64,000 bases of DNA from Pseudomonadota bacterium (GTDB lineage Bacteria > Pseudomonadota > Gammaproteobacteria > UBA9214). The position numbers and the translations under genes were made by a program. Where the stretch lies: NCBI GenBank assembly GCA_039714155.1, contig JBDLJX010000002.1, forward strand, positions 1,286 to 65,285. Direction: 5' to 3'. Shown here in pieces: positions 27,506 through 38,378 of this stretch. The stretch's first letter is position 1. Each line of letters starts with the position of its first letter. Under the pieces are notes generated by a model that saw only the letters and a program-made list of their open reading frames with translations, made no database searches and was not told the DNA's origin.

Positions 27506-29758
27506 ATGGAAACACTCGAACTCGATTACGAAGGCATTGAACAGCTGCCGCTGAAGACCTTCACCGAGAAGGCTTACCTGGAATATTCCATGTACGTCAT
27601 TCTCGACCGCGCCTTGCCGCATATCAGCGACGGCCTCAAGCCGGTGCAGCGACGCATTGTCTATGCCATGTCCGAGCTGGGCCTGACCGCAGTGGCCAAG
27701 TACAAGAAGTCGGCGCGTACCGTCGGTGATGTACTCGGCAAGTTCCATCCGCATGGTGATTCCGCCTGTTACGAGGCCATGGTGCACCTGGCGCAGTCCT
27801 TTACCTCCCGCTATCCGCTGGTCGATGGTCAGGGCAACTGGGGATCACCGGATGATCCCAGGTCATTCGCGGCCATGCGCTACACGGAAGCGCGCCTCGC
27901 GCCGTTTGCCGAAGTGCTGCTGAACGAACTGGGGCAGGGGACCGTGGACTGGATGCCGAACTTCGATGGCACACTGGATGAACCACAGTTGCTGCCGGCG
28001 CGCCTGCCGTCGGTACTGCTGAACGGTGCTACCGGTATTGCTGTCGGCATGGCGACGGATATCCCGCCACACAATCTGCGCGAGGTGGCAAAGGCCACCG
28101 TGCTGCTGCTGGACAAGCCAAAGAGCACCGTGGCCGATCTCTGCCAGCATATCCAGGGCCCGGATTTTCCGACCGGTGCCGAAATTATTACGCCACGGGC
28201 TGATCTGCTTGAGGCCTATTCCAAAGGCACTGGCAGCGTGCGGCTGCGGGCCTGCTATGAAGTTGAAAACGGCGACGTTGTCATTACCGCATTGCCGCAC
28301 CAGGCATCCGGCGGCAAGGTGCTGGAGCAAATCGCCGCGCAGATGAATGCGAAGAAACTGCCTATGGTCGAGGACCTGCGTGATGAGTCCGATCATGAGA
28401 ATCCGACCCGGTTGGTGATCGTGCCACGCTCAAACCGCATCGACAGGGATGCGCTGATGGCGCATTTGTTTGCGACGACAGACCTCGAGAAGTCCGTACG
28501 CTTCAATCTCAACATGATTGGTTTGAATGGCAAGCCGCAGGTCAAGGATCTGCGCATGGTACTGAAGGAATGGCTGGAGTTCCGCACGAGCACCGTTACG
28601 CGGCGTCTGCAGTACCGGCTTGACAAGGTCAATCGTCGTCTGCACCTGCTTGACGGCCTGTTGATTGCTTTTCTCAACCTCGATGAGGTGATCAGGATTA
28701 TCCGTACCGAGGACAAACCGAAGCCGGCACTCATCAAGCGATTCAAGCTGTCGGAAGACCAGGCGGACTACATCCTCGATACCCGCTTGCGGCAACTGGC
28801 GCGGCTGGAGGAAATGAAAATCAGGCAGGAGCAGGAGGAGCTTGCCGATGAGCGCGATGCGCTCAGGAAGATACTGGGCTCAAAGACGCGTCTGAAGACC
28901 CTGATCAGGAAAGAGATCATCGCCGATGCGGAAAAGTACGGTGATGAGCGGCGGTCGCAGCTGGTCAAATCGGCGCCGGTGGCGCAGGCGCTGGACGAGG
29001 CGGCACTGGTGCCGAGTGAACCGGTGACCATTGTACTGTCGAAAAATGGCTGGGTGCGAGTTGCCAAGGGCCACGAGATCGATCCGCGCGATATGAACTA
29101 CAAGTCCGGCGATGAATTCGCATCCTGTGCGCGTGGTCGCAGCAACCAGTTGGCCGTGTTCCTGGATTCCAATGGCCGCGCCTACGCACTGCCGGCGCAT
29201 TCGCTGCCATCGGCGCGCGGGCAGGGCGAACCCCTGAGTGGCCGCCTGAAGCCGGCCGACGGTGCGCGTTTTGTCGGTGTCATGGCCGGTGATGCCGGGC
29301 AGTTGTACCTGCTGGCCAGTGATTCCGGTTACGGTTTCGTGGCCAGACTGGGTGATCTTGTTACCCGCAACAAGGCGGGCAAGGCGGCATTGTCGGTGCC
29401 GAAGGGTTGTGGCGTACTGGCGCCGGTTCCGGTACGCAGTCTCGACGATGACTGGATTGTTGCGATTACCACCGAAGGCTACATGCTGGTTATCCCCCTG
29501 GCCGACCTGCCACAGATGGTGCGCGGCAAGGGCAACAAGATCATCAACGTGCCGTCAGCGAAACTGAAAGCACGTGAGGAATACGTTGCCATTATGGAAC
29601 TCGTCCAGGATGGCGAGAAACTTACCGTCTACGCCGGCAAGAAGCACAAGACCATGAAGGCCGACGAGGTGGACGAACACGCCGGTGAGCGTGGCCGACG
29701 TGGTCGTAAACTGCCGCGCGGATACCAGAAGGTCGACAGGGTGGAGGTGGAAATATAA
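27506..29758 (+). CDS. parC: DNA topoisomerase IV subunit A
   Basis: 750 aa. Active-site region [19 protein letters not shown], with the catalytic Tyr in [10 protein letters not shown]. Confidence 0.95.
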   Translation: METLELDYEGIEQLPLKTFTEKAYLEYSMYVILDRALPHISDGLKPVQRRIVYAMSELGLTAVAKYKKSARTVGDVLGKFHPHGDSACYEAMVHLAQSFTSRYPLVDGQGNWGSPDDPRSFAAMRYTEARLAPFAEVLLNELGQGTVDWMPNFDGTLDEPQLLPARLPSVLLNGATGIAVGMATDIPPHNLREVAKATVLLLDKPKSTVADLCQHIQGPDFPTGAEIITPRADLLEAYSKGTGSVRLRACYEVENGDVVITALPHQASGGKVLEQIAAQMNAKKLPMVEDLRDESDHENPTRLVIVPRSNRIDRDALMAHLFATTDLEKSVRFNLNMIGLNGKPQVKDLRMVLKEWLEFRTSTVTRRLQYRLDKVNRRLHLLDGLLIAFLNLDEVIRIIRTEDKPKPALIKRFKLSEDQADYILDTRLRQLARLEEMKIRQEQEELADERDALRKILGSKTRLKTLIRKEIIADAEKYGDERRSQLVKSAPVAQALDEAALVPSEPVTIVLSKNGWVRVAKGHEIDPRDMNYKSGDEFASCARGRSNQLAVFLDSNGRAYALPAHSLPSARGQGEPLSGRLKPADGARFVGVMAGDAGQLYLLASDSGYGFVARLGDLVTRNKAGKAALSVPKGCGVLAPVPVRSLDDDWIVAITTEGYMLVIPLADLPQMVRGKGNKIINVPSAKLKAREEYVAIMELVQDGEKLTVYAGKKHKTMKADEVDEHAGERGRRGRKLPRGYQKVDRVEVEI

Positions 29759-29784
29759 GGGGATTAACCCGGATTTCACTTCGG

Positions 29785-29833
29785 CACCCCTCAACCAAAT
29801 AGAGACCTGGGTGTCTTTAGGGGTGGCTTTTAT
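29785..29833 (+). terminator. possible parC terminator hairpin
   Basis: CACCCCT (29785-29791) pairs with AGGGGTG (29819-29825) and is followed by GCTTTTAT. The loop is long (27 nt), so the call is weak. Confidence 0.3.
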
Positions 29834-29898
29834 GATGAAAGTTGAACGGCAAGTAGATCCCTTGCAGACATTCCCGGAATATTATGTAGAATGTCCAC

Positions 29899-30210
29899 AT
29901 GTTCAAAAGTCTTTTTATGATATGGCTCATTATTAGCACTCTCGGATACGGGTCGGTGTGGGCGTTTGACGGCCATCTCAACGAGATAGAAAAGCACCAG
30001 AGTGTCACTGGCGATGTGAGTAAAGTGCCGGATGATGATGAGGATCACATATCCTGCGACCATTGCTGTCATGCCTCGGCCCATTTAATGGCGTTGTGGT
30101 TATCTCAACCGGGTATCGCCTACCCGGATGCAGGCACTGGCTATACACCTTATCGACATACCCTTTCCTTTCTTCCGACTGCTCCGCCGGAGCGTCCCCC
30201 TCAAGGCTGA
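29899..30210 (+). CDS. small secreted Cys/His-rich protein (putative periplasmic metal-binding, CzcI/DUF2946-like position)
   Basis: Signal peptide, then DDDEDHISCDHCCHASAHLMAL. It lies immediately upstream of an HME-RND czcCBA-like operon. Confidence 0.4.
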   Translation: MFKSLFMIWLIISTLGYGSVWAFDGHLNEIEKHQSVTGDVSKVPDDDEDHISCDHCCHASAHLMALWLSQPGIAYPDAGTGYTPYRHTLSFLPTAPPERPPQG

Positions 30211-30304
30211 ATCCTGATTCTATCCGCCGGCATGAGTGCCGGCAGGCCGGTGTGTCCGTTCGTCGGGCTGTGCCGTTGTCCCTTGTTGAAACAGGATTCA
30301 ACCA

Positions 30305-31549
30305 ATGTTCAAGCAATGTTTATTGCCAGTGGCCGCAGCCGCCTGCCTGGTGGTGGCGCCCATTGCAACGGCTTATTCACCAACCGTAGCCGATCCAGCG
30401 TTGTCAGGCTGGATCAACGAAGTACTTTTGCAAAATCTGCAGCTACAGGCCGCGCAGGCGGCAGTCGAGGCCGCCGGTGGGCGTCTTCGCGCAGCCGACC
30501 AACCCCTGTTCAATCCCGAACTGGAATTCGAGTACGAGAACAGCGATGTCGACAGGACCGTTGGCGGCATCAATCAGACCATCGATTGGTCTGACAAGCG
30601 TGGCGCGCGCACAGCGGTTGCTGATTCCGGGCAGGTGGCTGCAAGCGCCGAACTGCGATCAAAACGTCAGGGTCTGGCCACTGATCTTTTGCGGGCCCTG
30701 GCGAATTGGCACACGGCCGATGCTGTCGTCCGCGTGAGTGAGAAACAAACCACGTTAATGACGCGTTTTGCCCGCATTACGGAACAGCGCCGGAAGGCGG
30801 GTGATCTCGGCCAGGTGGAACTTGACCTGGCACACCTGGCCGCTGCTGATGCCGCATTCCAGCAGGCAAATGCCAGCGAGAACCTGATCCGGGCACGTCA
30901 GGCAGTGACCGCGCTGACAGGTACTGCTGGCCCGGGCTGGCCACAGTTTACCCGGTTGCTTCCAGACATTGATCCACAACAGGTGGATGTGGATCGCCTG
31001 CTGGATGATCTGCCTTCACTGCATGCTGCACTGGCGCGGGTTGCAGCCGGGCGTGCATCAGTCCAACTGGGTATCCGTGAAAAACGTCCGGACCCGACCA
31101 TCGGTTTCCGTGTCGGCAAAGAGGATTCCGAGACGCTCACCGGGGTCACCGTTTCCGTACCGCTGTTCGTACGCAACACCTTCAGTGCGGAAGTCGATAT
31201 GGCCAATGCTGACCTGATTCAGGCAGAACGTGAGGCGGCCAATTTACGACAACAGGCGCACGCCGATCTCATCGCAGCGGCGCATGTCTACCGGAATGCA
31301 AACCTTGCCTGGAAAACCTGGGAAGCATCCGGTGCTCCCCGTCTCAGCCAGCGCACTGATCTGCTCGGCCGTTTATGGCAGGCCGGTGAACTCAATACCA
31401 CGGATTATCTGGTGCAACTGAAACAGGCGCTCGATACCGAAGTTGGCGCAACCGAGCAACGTGGCCGGATGTGGCGGGCGTGGGCGGACTGGCTGGCTGC
31501 TTCCGGTCAGGCCGACCAGTGGCTGAACCTCACAGGAGACACACAATGA
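30305..31549 (+). CDS. TolC-family outer-membrane efflux protein of an HME-RND system (CzcC/CusC-like)
   Basis: 414 aa with a signal peptide and two OEP repeats rich in LxxA and coiled-coil segments. Its ATGA overlaps the membrane-fusion gene. Confidence 0.8.
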   Translation: MFKQCLLPVAAAACLVVAPIATAYSPTVADPALSGWINEVLLQNLQLQAAQAAVEAAGGRLRAADQPLFNPELEFEYENSDVDRTVGGINQTIDWSDKRGARTAVADSGQVAASAELRSKRQGLATDLLRALANWHTADAVVRVSEKQTTLMTRFARITEQRRKAGDLGQVELDLAHLAAADAAFQQANASENLIRARQAVTALTGTAGPGWPQFTRLLPDIDPQQVDVDRLLDDLPSLHAALARVAAGRASVQLGIREKRPDPTIGFRVGKEDSETLTGVTVSVPLFVRNTFSAEVDMANADLIQAEREAANLRQQAHADLIAAAHVYRNANLAWKTWEASGAPRLSQRTDLLGRLWQAGELNTTDYLVQLKQALDTEVGATEQRGRMWRAWADWLAASGQADQWLNLTGDTQ

Positions 31550-32691
31550 ACAGAATTGGTATCTGGTTTTTCGCGAGCCTGCTCGGCGTTGCTCTACCTC
31601 TGTCGCTGCAAGCGTCGGAAGACAAATACACAGATCATGACGCTCATGAATCTGAACAGAGTGAAGCACATGAAGAGGGTGGTGTCCACCTGATGCCCGA
31701 ACAACAGGCAATGGCGGGGGTGGTGGTCGAGACCCTGCAGCCGCGTGACATCGTGAACGAACTCCGCGCACCGGGAGAAATTCAACTAAACGCCTATGCC
31801 ACGACCAGGGTGGCGCCGAGAATAGCAGCCCAGGTGCTCGAAAGGCAGGCACGGCTGGGCGACAGTATTGAGAAAGGACATACATTGGTCATGCTCTCCA
31901 GTGTCGAGATGGCACAGGCCCAGGGTGATTTACAGGTCGCAGAGCGTGAATGGCGGCGGGTCAGCAAACTCGGTCGGGATGTCGTCTCCGAGCAGCGTTA
32001 TACCGAGGCCCGCATCAAACGCGAGCAGGCACGCGCACGGGTGCGTGCCTATGGAATGACGGAGGATGAAATCAAACAACTCGTGGCAAGCGGCAAGACG
32101 GAGCTCGCCGATGGGCGGTTCCAGTTGCTTGCGCCGCAGGATGGCACAGTGATTCGTGATGATTTCATCGTCGGAGAGCTGGTCGAGCCAGGGCGTGTGC
32201 TGTTTGAGATCAGTGATGAATCCGTGCTCTGGGTCGAGGCACGGCTGACCCCCGATGAGGCCGCACAGATACAGGTGAATGCGCGGGCGACCATGGTGAT
32301 TGGCGATCGTCAGGTGGAGGGCCGGGTTACCCAGGTGCATCATGCGCTGGATGAAAATACACGGACGCTGGGTGTGCGTATCGAGGTTCCGAATCCGGAT
32401 GACCGGCTGCACCCCGGATTGTTTGTTGAGGTCCGCATAGAGGGCAGGTCCTCCGAACGGGCGCTTGCCGTGCCAAACGACGCAGTATTGCGCAGCCCGG
32501 ATGGTGACTGGCAGGTTTTTGTCGAACAAAAACCTGGTGAGTTTGAGCCACGCGAGGTCGATGTGATCCGTACAACGGCCGGGTTTACCGTGATCGGGGG
32601 TATAGAGCCAGGCGCACGGGTTGTTACAAAGGGTGCATTCTTTTTGCAATCGGAGCTCGCCAAGTCGGGCTTTGACATACATAACCACTGA
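31546..32691 (+). CDS. RND efflux membrane-fusion (periplasmic adaptor) protein, CzcB/CusB family
   Basis: His/Glu-rich N-terminus (HDAHESEQSEAHEEGGVH), then biotinyl-lipoyl, coiled-coil hairpin and beta-barrel segments typical of HlyD-family adaptors. Confidence 0.8.
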   Translation: MNRIGIWFFASLLGVALPLSLQASEDKYTDHDAHESEQSEAHEEGGVHLMPEQQAMAGVVVETLQPRDIVNELRAPGEIQLNAYATTRVAPRIAAQVLERQARLGDSIEKGHTLVMLSSVEMAQAQGDLQVAEREWRRVSKLGRDVVSEQRYTEARIKREQARARVRAYGMTEDEIKQLVASGKTELADGRFQLLAPQDGTVIRDDFIVGELVEPGRVLFEISDESVLWVEARLTPDEAAQIQVNARATMVIGDRQVEGRVTQVHHALDENTRTLGVRIEVPNPDDRLHPGLFVEVRIEGRSSERALAVPNDAVLRSPDGDWQVFVEQKPGEFEPREVDVIRTTAGFTVIGGIEPGARVVTKGAFFLQSELAKSGFDIHNH

Positions 32692-32700
32692 GGCCGCGCC

Positions 32701-35700
32701 ATGTTGAACAAGCTAATCGATCTGGGCGTTCAGAACCGTCTCATGGTGGTGCTTGTGCTGCTCGCGACCATGGTCACCGGTATTCTTATTCTGCCCAAAC
32801 TTAATCTGGATGCCTTCCCAGACGTAACCAACGTGCAGGTCCAGATCAACACCGAGGCGCGTGGGTTGGCTGCAGAGGAAGTAGAGCAGCTGATTACCTT
32901 TCCTGTTGAGGCCGTCATGTACGCGCTGCCGGACGTGGAGGAGGTGCGTTCCATATCAAAAACCGGTCTGTCAGTCATAACGGTAGCCTTCAAGGAAGGT
33001 ACGGACATCTATTTTTCCCGCCAGCTGGTATTTGAACGTTTGCAGGCGGCACGGGAGCAGATACCCGAGGGCATAGGGACACCGGAGATGGGGCCGAATA
33101 CCTCAGGTCTGGGTCAGGTCTACCAGTACATTCTGCGTGCCGATGATCCCGAACAATATAACGCAATGGCGCTGCGCAGTCTCAATGACTGGGTGGTCAA
33201 GCTGTTATTGATGCCAGTCGGGGGTATCACCGATGTACTGTCATTCGGTGGTGAGGTGCGGCAGTACCAGGTGCAGCTGGACCCGCAGCGTTTGCTTGCC
33301 TACGGCCTTGGGATTGATGAAGTCACAGAGGCCGTTGAGGCGAACAATCGCAACGCAGGTGGCTGGTATCTGGATCGAGGCGCGGAGCAGTTGGTTATTC
33401 GAGGTGTGGGTTGGTTGCGCAGTGGCGAAGACGGGTTGCGTGATCTCGGCAACATACCCTTAAAGGACGTTGATGGTGTCCCGGTCCGGATACGGGATGT
33501 CGCAAGCATAGAGTTCGGGCCGGAGATCCGGCAGGGCGCGGTTACCATGACGAGCCGGGGTGCAGACGGTAAGCCGGAGCCGCTCGGTGAAGTCGTTGCC
33601 GGCATTGTTCTCAAGCGCATGGGGGCCAACACCAAGGCTGCGATCGATGGCATCAGGGAACGCTTGCCTGCCATCCAGATGGCCCTGCCTGAAGGCGTGA
33701 CTCTGGAACCGGTTTATGACCAGTCGGATCTGGTGAGCCAGGCCGTCAACACGGTCAGCAAGGCGTTGCTGGAGGCCTTTGTATTGATCATCATCGTGTT
33801 GATGCTGTTCCTCGTGAATCTGCGCGCCAGCTTTCTGGTGCTGATCTCGGTGCCGATCTCGATCGGACTGGCATTGATGGCCATGGCCCAGTGGGGCGTA
33901 TCGGCCAATCTGATGTCGCTCGGGGGGCTGGCGATCGCTATCGGCATGATGGTCGATGGTTCGGTGGTGATGATGGAGCACATCTTCAGTCATCTTGTCC
34001 GGCCGGATGAGGATCACCACGATGCAGCGAGTGTGCAGCGTGCCTCCGGGGAAGAAGATCCCTACGATGCGGTACACGATGGCCACGGTATTGCGCTGCG
34101 TATTCAGGAAGCGGCGCGTGAGGTTGGTCGGCCAGTATTCTTTGCGGTGATCATCATCATTATCGTATTTGCACCGTTGTTTAGTCTGGAAGGCGTGGAA
34201 GGCAAGCTGTTCCAGCCCATGGCCGTCTCGATTGTCCTGGCCATGGTGGCATCTCTATTCGTCGCGCTGATTGTAGTGCCTGCACTGACGACCTACTTAT
34301 TCAGGCGTGGGGTAAAACATAAAGAGAGTTTTATCATGCGTCCGCTATCACAAGCCTACCGGGTGGCCTTGAACGCCGCATTGGCCCGGCGGAGACGGGT
34401 GGTTTTCGGTGCAATAGCGCTGTTTGCGGGATCGCTGGCGCTGGTGCCGTTCCTGGGAACCGAGTTCGTACCGGAACTGGAAGAGGGCACGCTGAATATA
34501 CGCGTCACGCTGGCGCCATCCTCCAGTCTCGATACATCATTGCGGGTAGCCGAAAAACTGGAGGCCCGGCTGATGACCTTTCCGGAAGTGTTGTATGTTT
34601 CCAGTCGTGTGGGCCGCGCCGAGATCGGCGGTGACCCCGAGCCGGTCTCGAATGTGGAAATCTTTGTCGGTCTGAAACCGGTATCAGAGTGGGTCAGTGC
34701 CTCCAATCGCAAGGCCTTGCAGGTGTTAATGGAGGAGGAAATGTCGGTGCACCCGGGACTGCTGTTTTCGTTTTCGCAGCCCATCGCCACGCGTGTCGAT
34801 GAGCTACTGTCCGGTGTGAAGGCACAGCTGGCTATCAAGCTTTTCGGCCCCGATCTTGATGGCCTGGCAACCACCGGCAAAGCGATTGAGGCGCTGGTTC
34901 GCAAGGTGGATGGCACCCGTGGCGTGGAAATGGAGCAAATTGCAGGTGAAGCGCAGCTGGTACTGCGCCCGGACCGGGATGCGCTGGCGCGCTATGGTGT
35001 TCCCGTCGCACAGGTGATGGATCTGGTGTCTGATGCGATCGGCGGTCGTGAGGCCGGGCAGGTCATCAGGGGTAACGAGCGTTATGACATCTACGTGCGT
35101 CTGGATGAATCCTGGCGTGACAGCATCGAAGCGATCCGCAGCCTGATATTGCAGGCGCCCAATGGTTCCTGGTTGCGGCTCGGTGATGTCGCACAGGTGG
35201 CCATCGAATCGGGGCCACCACAGATCCGCCGGGATGACGTGCAACGCCGGGTGGTCATTCAGGCCAACGTCGACGGGCGTGATATGGGTGGATTGGTGAG
35301 TGAGCTGCGTGAGCGCATAAATAGCGAGATCGATCTGCCACCGGGATACAGCGTCGTGTTTGGCGGGCAGTTTGAAAACCAGCAGCGCGCGCAGGCCAGG
35401 TTGATGATTGTGGTGCCGCTGTCCCTCGGGCTGATCTTTTTGTTGTTGTATTTTGCCTTCGACTCGGTTGGGCAGGCGTTACTGATTATGATCAACGTAC
35501 CGCTGGCGCTGATTGGCGGTATCGCGGCATTATTTTTCTCGGGACAGTATTTGTCCGTGCCGGGGTCCATTGGATTCATTGCCCTGTTCGGGGTGGCCGT
35601 ATTGAACGGTGTCGTCATGGTGAGTGCGATTAACCAGCGTCTGGGCGGGGGGCTATCACCGGAAGAGGCGGTCTTTGCAGGTGCATTCTCCCGCTTGAGG

Positions 35701-35892
35701 CCGGTACTCATGACAGCCAGTGTAGCGGCATTGGGTTTGATACCCATGTTGTTGTCCAGTGGCGTGGGTTCGGAAGTGCAGCGCCCGTTGGCGACGGTCG
35801 TCGTCGGCGGGCTGTTTTCGTCAACCTTGCTGACGTTGTTCGTATTACCCTCGCTATACAGAGTGTTTTCCGGGGGCGGGATCAAGAACTGA
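32701..35892 (+). CDS. heavy-metal efflux RND permease (CzcA/CusA family)
   Basis: 1063 aa with 12 TM helices and two large periplasmic loops. Conserved N-terminus MLNKLIDLGVQNRLMVVLVLL... Confidence 0.9.
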   Translation: MLNKLIDLGVQNRLMVVLVLLATMVTGILILPKLNLDAFPDVTNVQVQINTEARGLAAEEVEQLITFPVEAVMYALPDVEEVRSISKTGLSVITVAFKEGTDIYFSRQLVFERLQAAREQIPEGIGTPEMGPNTSGLGQVYQYILRADDPEQYNAMALRSLNDWVVKLLLMPVGGITDVLSFGGEVRQYQVQLDPQRLLAYGLGIDEVTEAVEANNRNAGGWYLDRGAEQLVIRGVGWLRSGEDGLRDLGNIPLKDVDGVPVRIRDVASIEFGPEIRQGAVTMTSRGADGKPEPLGEVVAGIVLKRMGANTKAAIDGIRERLPAIQMALPEGVTLEPVYDQSDLVSQAVNTVSKALLEAFVLIIIVLMLFLVNLRASFLVLISVPISIGLALMAMAQWGVSANLMSLGGLAIAIGMMVDGSVVMMEHIFSHLVRPDEDHHDAASVQRASGEEDPYDAVHDGHGIALRIQEAAREVGRPVFFAVIIIIIVFAPLFSLEGVEGKLFQPMAVSIVLAMVASLFVALIVVPALTTYLFRRGVKHKESFIMRPLSQAYRVALNAALARRRRVVFGAIALFAGSLALVPFLGTEFVPELEEGTLNIRVTLAPSSSLDTSLRVAEKLEARLMTFPEVLYVSSRVGRAEIGGDPEPVSNVEIFVGLKPVSEWVSASNRKALQVLMEEEMSVHPGLLFSFSQPIATRVDELLSGVKAQLAIKLFGPDLDGLATTGKAIEALVRKVDGTRGVEMEQIAGEAQLVLRPDRDALARYGVPVAQVMDLVSDAIGGREAGQVIRGNERYDIYVRLDESWRDSIEAIRSLILQAPNGSWLRLGDVAQVAIESGPPQIRRDDVQRRVVIQANVDGRDMGGLVSELRERINSEIDLPPGYSVVFGGQFENQQRAQARLMIVVPLSLGLIFLLLYFAFDSVGQALLIMINVPLALIGGIAALFFSGQYLSVPGSIGFIALFGVAVLNGVVMVSAINQRLGGGLSPEEAVFAGAFSRLRPVLMTASVAALGLIPMLLSSGVGSEVQRPLATVVVGGLFSSTLLTLFVLPSLYRVFSGGGIKN

Positions 35893-36031
35893 CGGGAAAT
35901 GCCCGGCTGCAGGAGTCACTGACAACCACACCAGAATTTATCAGGTATCTCAAGGCAGAAGCCGGCTTGCCGCAGGGTTGCCGGGGCGACATACTGAAGC
36001 TGCAGCTATACTGTGAAAGTGGGGTGCCGTC

Positions 36032-36646
36032 ATGACCAGCGAATCGAATCTCGAACATACAATCGTCGATGCTGCCCTGTCGCTTGCAGAAGATAAAGAC
36101 TGGGAATCAGTCAGGCTATACCAGGTCGCTGAAAAGCTGGACATATCGCTGGACGAGATACGGCTGTACTTTCGCGAAAAGGAAGACATTATTGATGCGT
36201 GGTTTGATCGTGCCGACCAGGCAATGCTGCGAACCTGCGGGACAGAAAGTTTCGAGCACAGCAGCAGCCCTGAAAAACTGCACCGGTTATTAATGAGCTG
36301 GTTGACTGCGCTGCAACAACACCGGCGTGTTACGCGACAGATGATTCTCGGTAAACTGGAACCTGGTCATATCCACTATCAGGTTCAGGGCCTGCTCCGT
36401 GTAAGTCGTACCGTGCAATGGCTGCGAGAGGCTGCAGGCTTGTCATCGACTTTGCCATGGCGTGCGATTGAAGAAACTGCACTGACAGCATTGTATCTCG
36501 TAACGTTTGCAAAGTGGATGTGTGACGACACCGAAGATAACCGGTCAACAAGCCGTTTCTTGCAAAACAGGCTCAACTCGGCCTGTTGGCTGTGCACGTA
36601 CAGTGACCACCGTGATGAATCAGGGGCGGATATTCAGTCCGCTTAG
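36032..36646 (+). CDS. TetR/AcrR-family transcriptional regulator
   Basis: N-terminal HTH (WESVRLYQVAEKLDISLDEIRLYFREKEDI) with an all-helical C-terminal ligand domain. Confidence 0.6.
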   Translation: MTSESNLEHTIVDAALSLAEDKDWESVRLYQVAEKLDISLDEIRLYFREKEDIIDAWFDRADQAMLRTCGTESFEHSSSPEKLHRLLMSWLTALQQHRRVTRQMILGKLEPGHIHYQVQGLLRVSRTVQWLREAAGLSSTLPWRAIEETALTALYLVTFAKWMCDDTEDNRSTSRFLQNRLNSACWLCTYSDHRDESGADIQSA

Positions 36647-36657
36647 AATCTTCTTGC

Positions 36658-37710
36658 ATGGATACCTTGACGCACGCCCTCAGTGGCGCACTGGTCGCTC
36701 GCGCAACATGGAACAAAAACACTTCCAGGCTGAGCTTGCGTCAGCGCACGCTGGTTGGGTTCCTGGCTACAGCATTCCCTGATATCGACTATATTATCCG
36801 GCTGTTCAGCAGCGATTTTATTTTCTACCTGAATCATCATCGCGGCATCACACACTCGCTTGTTATGCTGCCGCTTTGGGCGCTGGTACTCGCATTTCTG
36901 TTCTCGAAATTACTTCGCCCAAAAACCGACTGGCGAATGCTATACCCTGTCTGTTGTATCGGTATCGGTCTGCACATCGGTGGTGACGTGATAACCAGCT
37001 ATGGCACCATGATCTTTGCGCCATTCAGTGACTGGCGCGCCTCGCTCGATACAACTTTTATTATCGATCCGGTCTTTACCGGGATCATTGTTGCCAGCCT
37101 GCTGCTCTCTTTCCTGCTCACTCGGAAACAAGGCGTAGCTGCTATCGGCAGTATCGTGCTGGTGGCTTATGTCGGGTTGCAGGCATGGGCGCATAACGAG
37201 GCGGTTAAACTGGGCGAGCGGGCCGCTGGCGATTACCTGTGGCAGGAAGCGACGGTCAGTGCACTGCCGCAGCCCTTGTCGCCCTTTAACTGGAAAATAG
37301 TGGTTGAACACGAGGAGCATTATCATATTGGCATGGTCAGGCTGTTCGGTGAAGCAACAAAGGCCGATAACAGTGGCAGTTTCCTGTCTGTAACTGGTTC
37401 AGCCTACTACCAGCCGGAAAATATCCAATGGGAAAGGCTGTATCGATATGGTGAAAACCGGCACCTCGCGGAAGATATCTGGTTGGCCTGGATGCACGAT
37501 ACACTGGACGGTTACCGCCGATTTGCCCGCTTTCCGAGGTTGATCGAAAATCGAAAATACGCGAAAGACTGCTACTGGTTCAGCGACCTCCGCTTTGAAT
37601 TACCACACCGTGACAGCAGCCCGTTATTTACCGTTGGTCTTTGCGAGAAAGTCTTGGGAAAATTGCACCGGCCAGCCCGCACTTTTCACTACGGGCCAGG
37701 ACTTGATTAG
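36658..37710 (+). CDS. membrane-bound metal-dependent hydrolase (YdjM/DUF457 family)
   Basis: The start MDTLTHALSGALVA and the His motifs (NHHRGITHSL; GLHIGGD) on a polytopic membrane core are typical of this family. Confidence 0.6.
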   Translation: MDTLTHALSGALVARATWNKNTSRLSLRQRTLVGFLATAFPDIDYIIRLFSSDFIFYLNHHRGITHSLVMLPLWALVLAFLFSKLLRPKTDWRMLYPVCCIGIGLHIGGDVITSYGTMIFAPFSDWRASLDTTFIIDPVFTGIIVASLLLSFLLTRKQGVAAIGSIVLVAYVGLQAWAHNEAVKLGERAAGDYLWQEATVSALPQPLSPFNWKIVVEHEEHYHIGMVRLFGEATKADNSGSFLSVTGSAYYQPENIQWERLYRYGENRHLAEDIWLAWMHDTLDGYRRFARFPRLIENRKYAKDCYWFSDLRFELPHRDSSPLFTVGLCEKVLGKLHRPARTFHYGPGLD

Positions 37711-38030
37711 AAGTCTCCGCTGGTGTCCTTGACCTGTACCCGGCCGTTGTCGGTACGTACCGGGAAGGTGCTAATGTCTTCGTAGGCCGGCGGTGCGGTG
37801 ACCTTGCCGGTCCGGATATCGAAGCGTGCACCGTGTCGCGGGCACTCGATCTCGTGACCTTCAACGGTGCCGTCTGCCAGTGTGCCACCATCATGGGTAC
37901 AGACATCTGCAAGTGCGTAGAAATTACCTTCGATGTTGAACACTGCGACTTCAGCCCCGCCGACATCGACCAGTTTTACACCGCCTTCCTCGATCTCGTC
38001 GATTAATGCGACATCAATCCATTCAGACAT
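37707..38030 (-). CDS. Rieske [2Fe-2S] ferredoxin-like protein, last gene of the suf operon
   Basis: CTHDGGTLADG ... CPRHGARFDIRTGK Rieske motifs. 107 aa, 3 nt downstream of sufT. Confidence 0.75.
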   Translation of the reverse strand: MSEWIDVALIDEIEEGGVKLVDVGGAEVAVFNIEGNFYALADVCTHDGGTLADGTVEGHEIECPRHGARFDIRTGKVTAPPAYEDISTFPVRTDNGRVQVKDTSGDF

Positions 38031-38033
38031 TCG

Positions 38034-38378
38034 TCAGGCCTCGTCGAACATGCCAAGCAGCAGCCGTGCCTCTTCAGACAACCGCTCACGGCTCCAGGGC
38101 GGTTCCCATACCAGTTCGACCGTGGCGATATTGACCCCGGGCACTTCGCGCACGGCACATTCAACCGTTCCGGGAAAGGTCTGGGCAACCGGGCAGCCGG
38201 GTGCCGTCAGTGTCATGCGGATATGCACTGCCCCTGATTCTGCATCGACATCCAGCCCGTATATGAGGCCAAGGTCATATATATTGACCGGTAATTCGGG
38301 ATCATAAATTTCCTGCAGGGCCTGGATGACCTGCGCCTCCAGGATGTTGTGCATGAGGCTGTTATTGGCGCTGCTCAT
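38034..38378 (-). CDS. sufT: SUF system Fe-S assembly protein SufT (DUF59/MIP18 family)
   Basis: 114 aa. LQEIYDPELPVNIYDLGLIYG...LTAPGCPVAQ is the DUF59 signature. Confidence 0.8.
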   Translation of the reverse strand: MSSANNSLMHNILEAQVIQALQEIYDPELPVNIYDLGLIYGLDVDAESGAVHIRMTLTAPGCPVAQTFPGTVECAVREVPGVNIATVELVWEPPWSRERLSEEARLLLGMFDEA

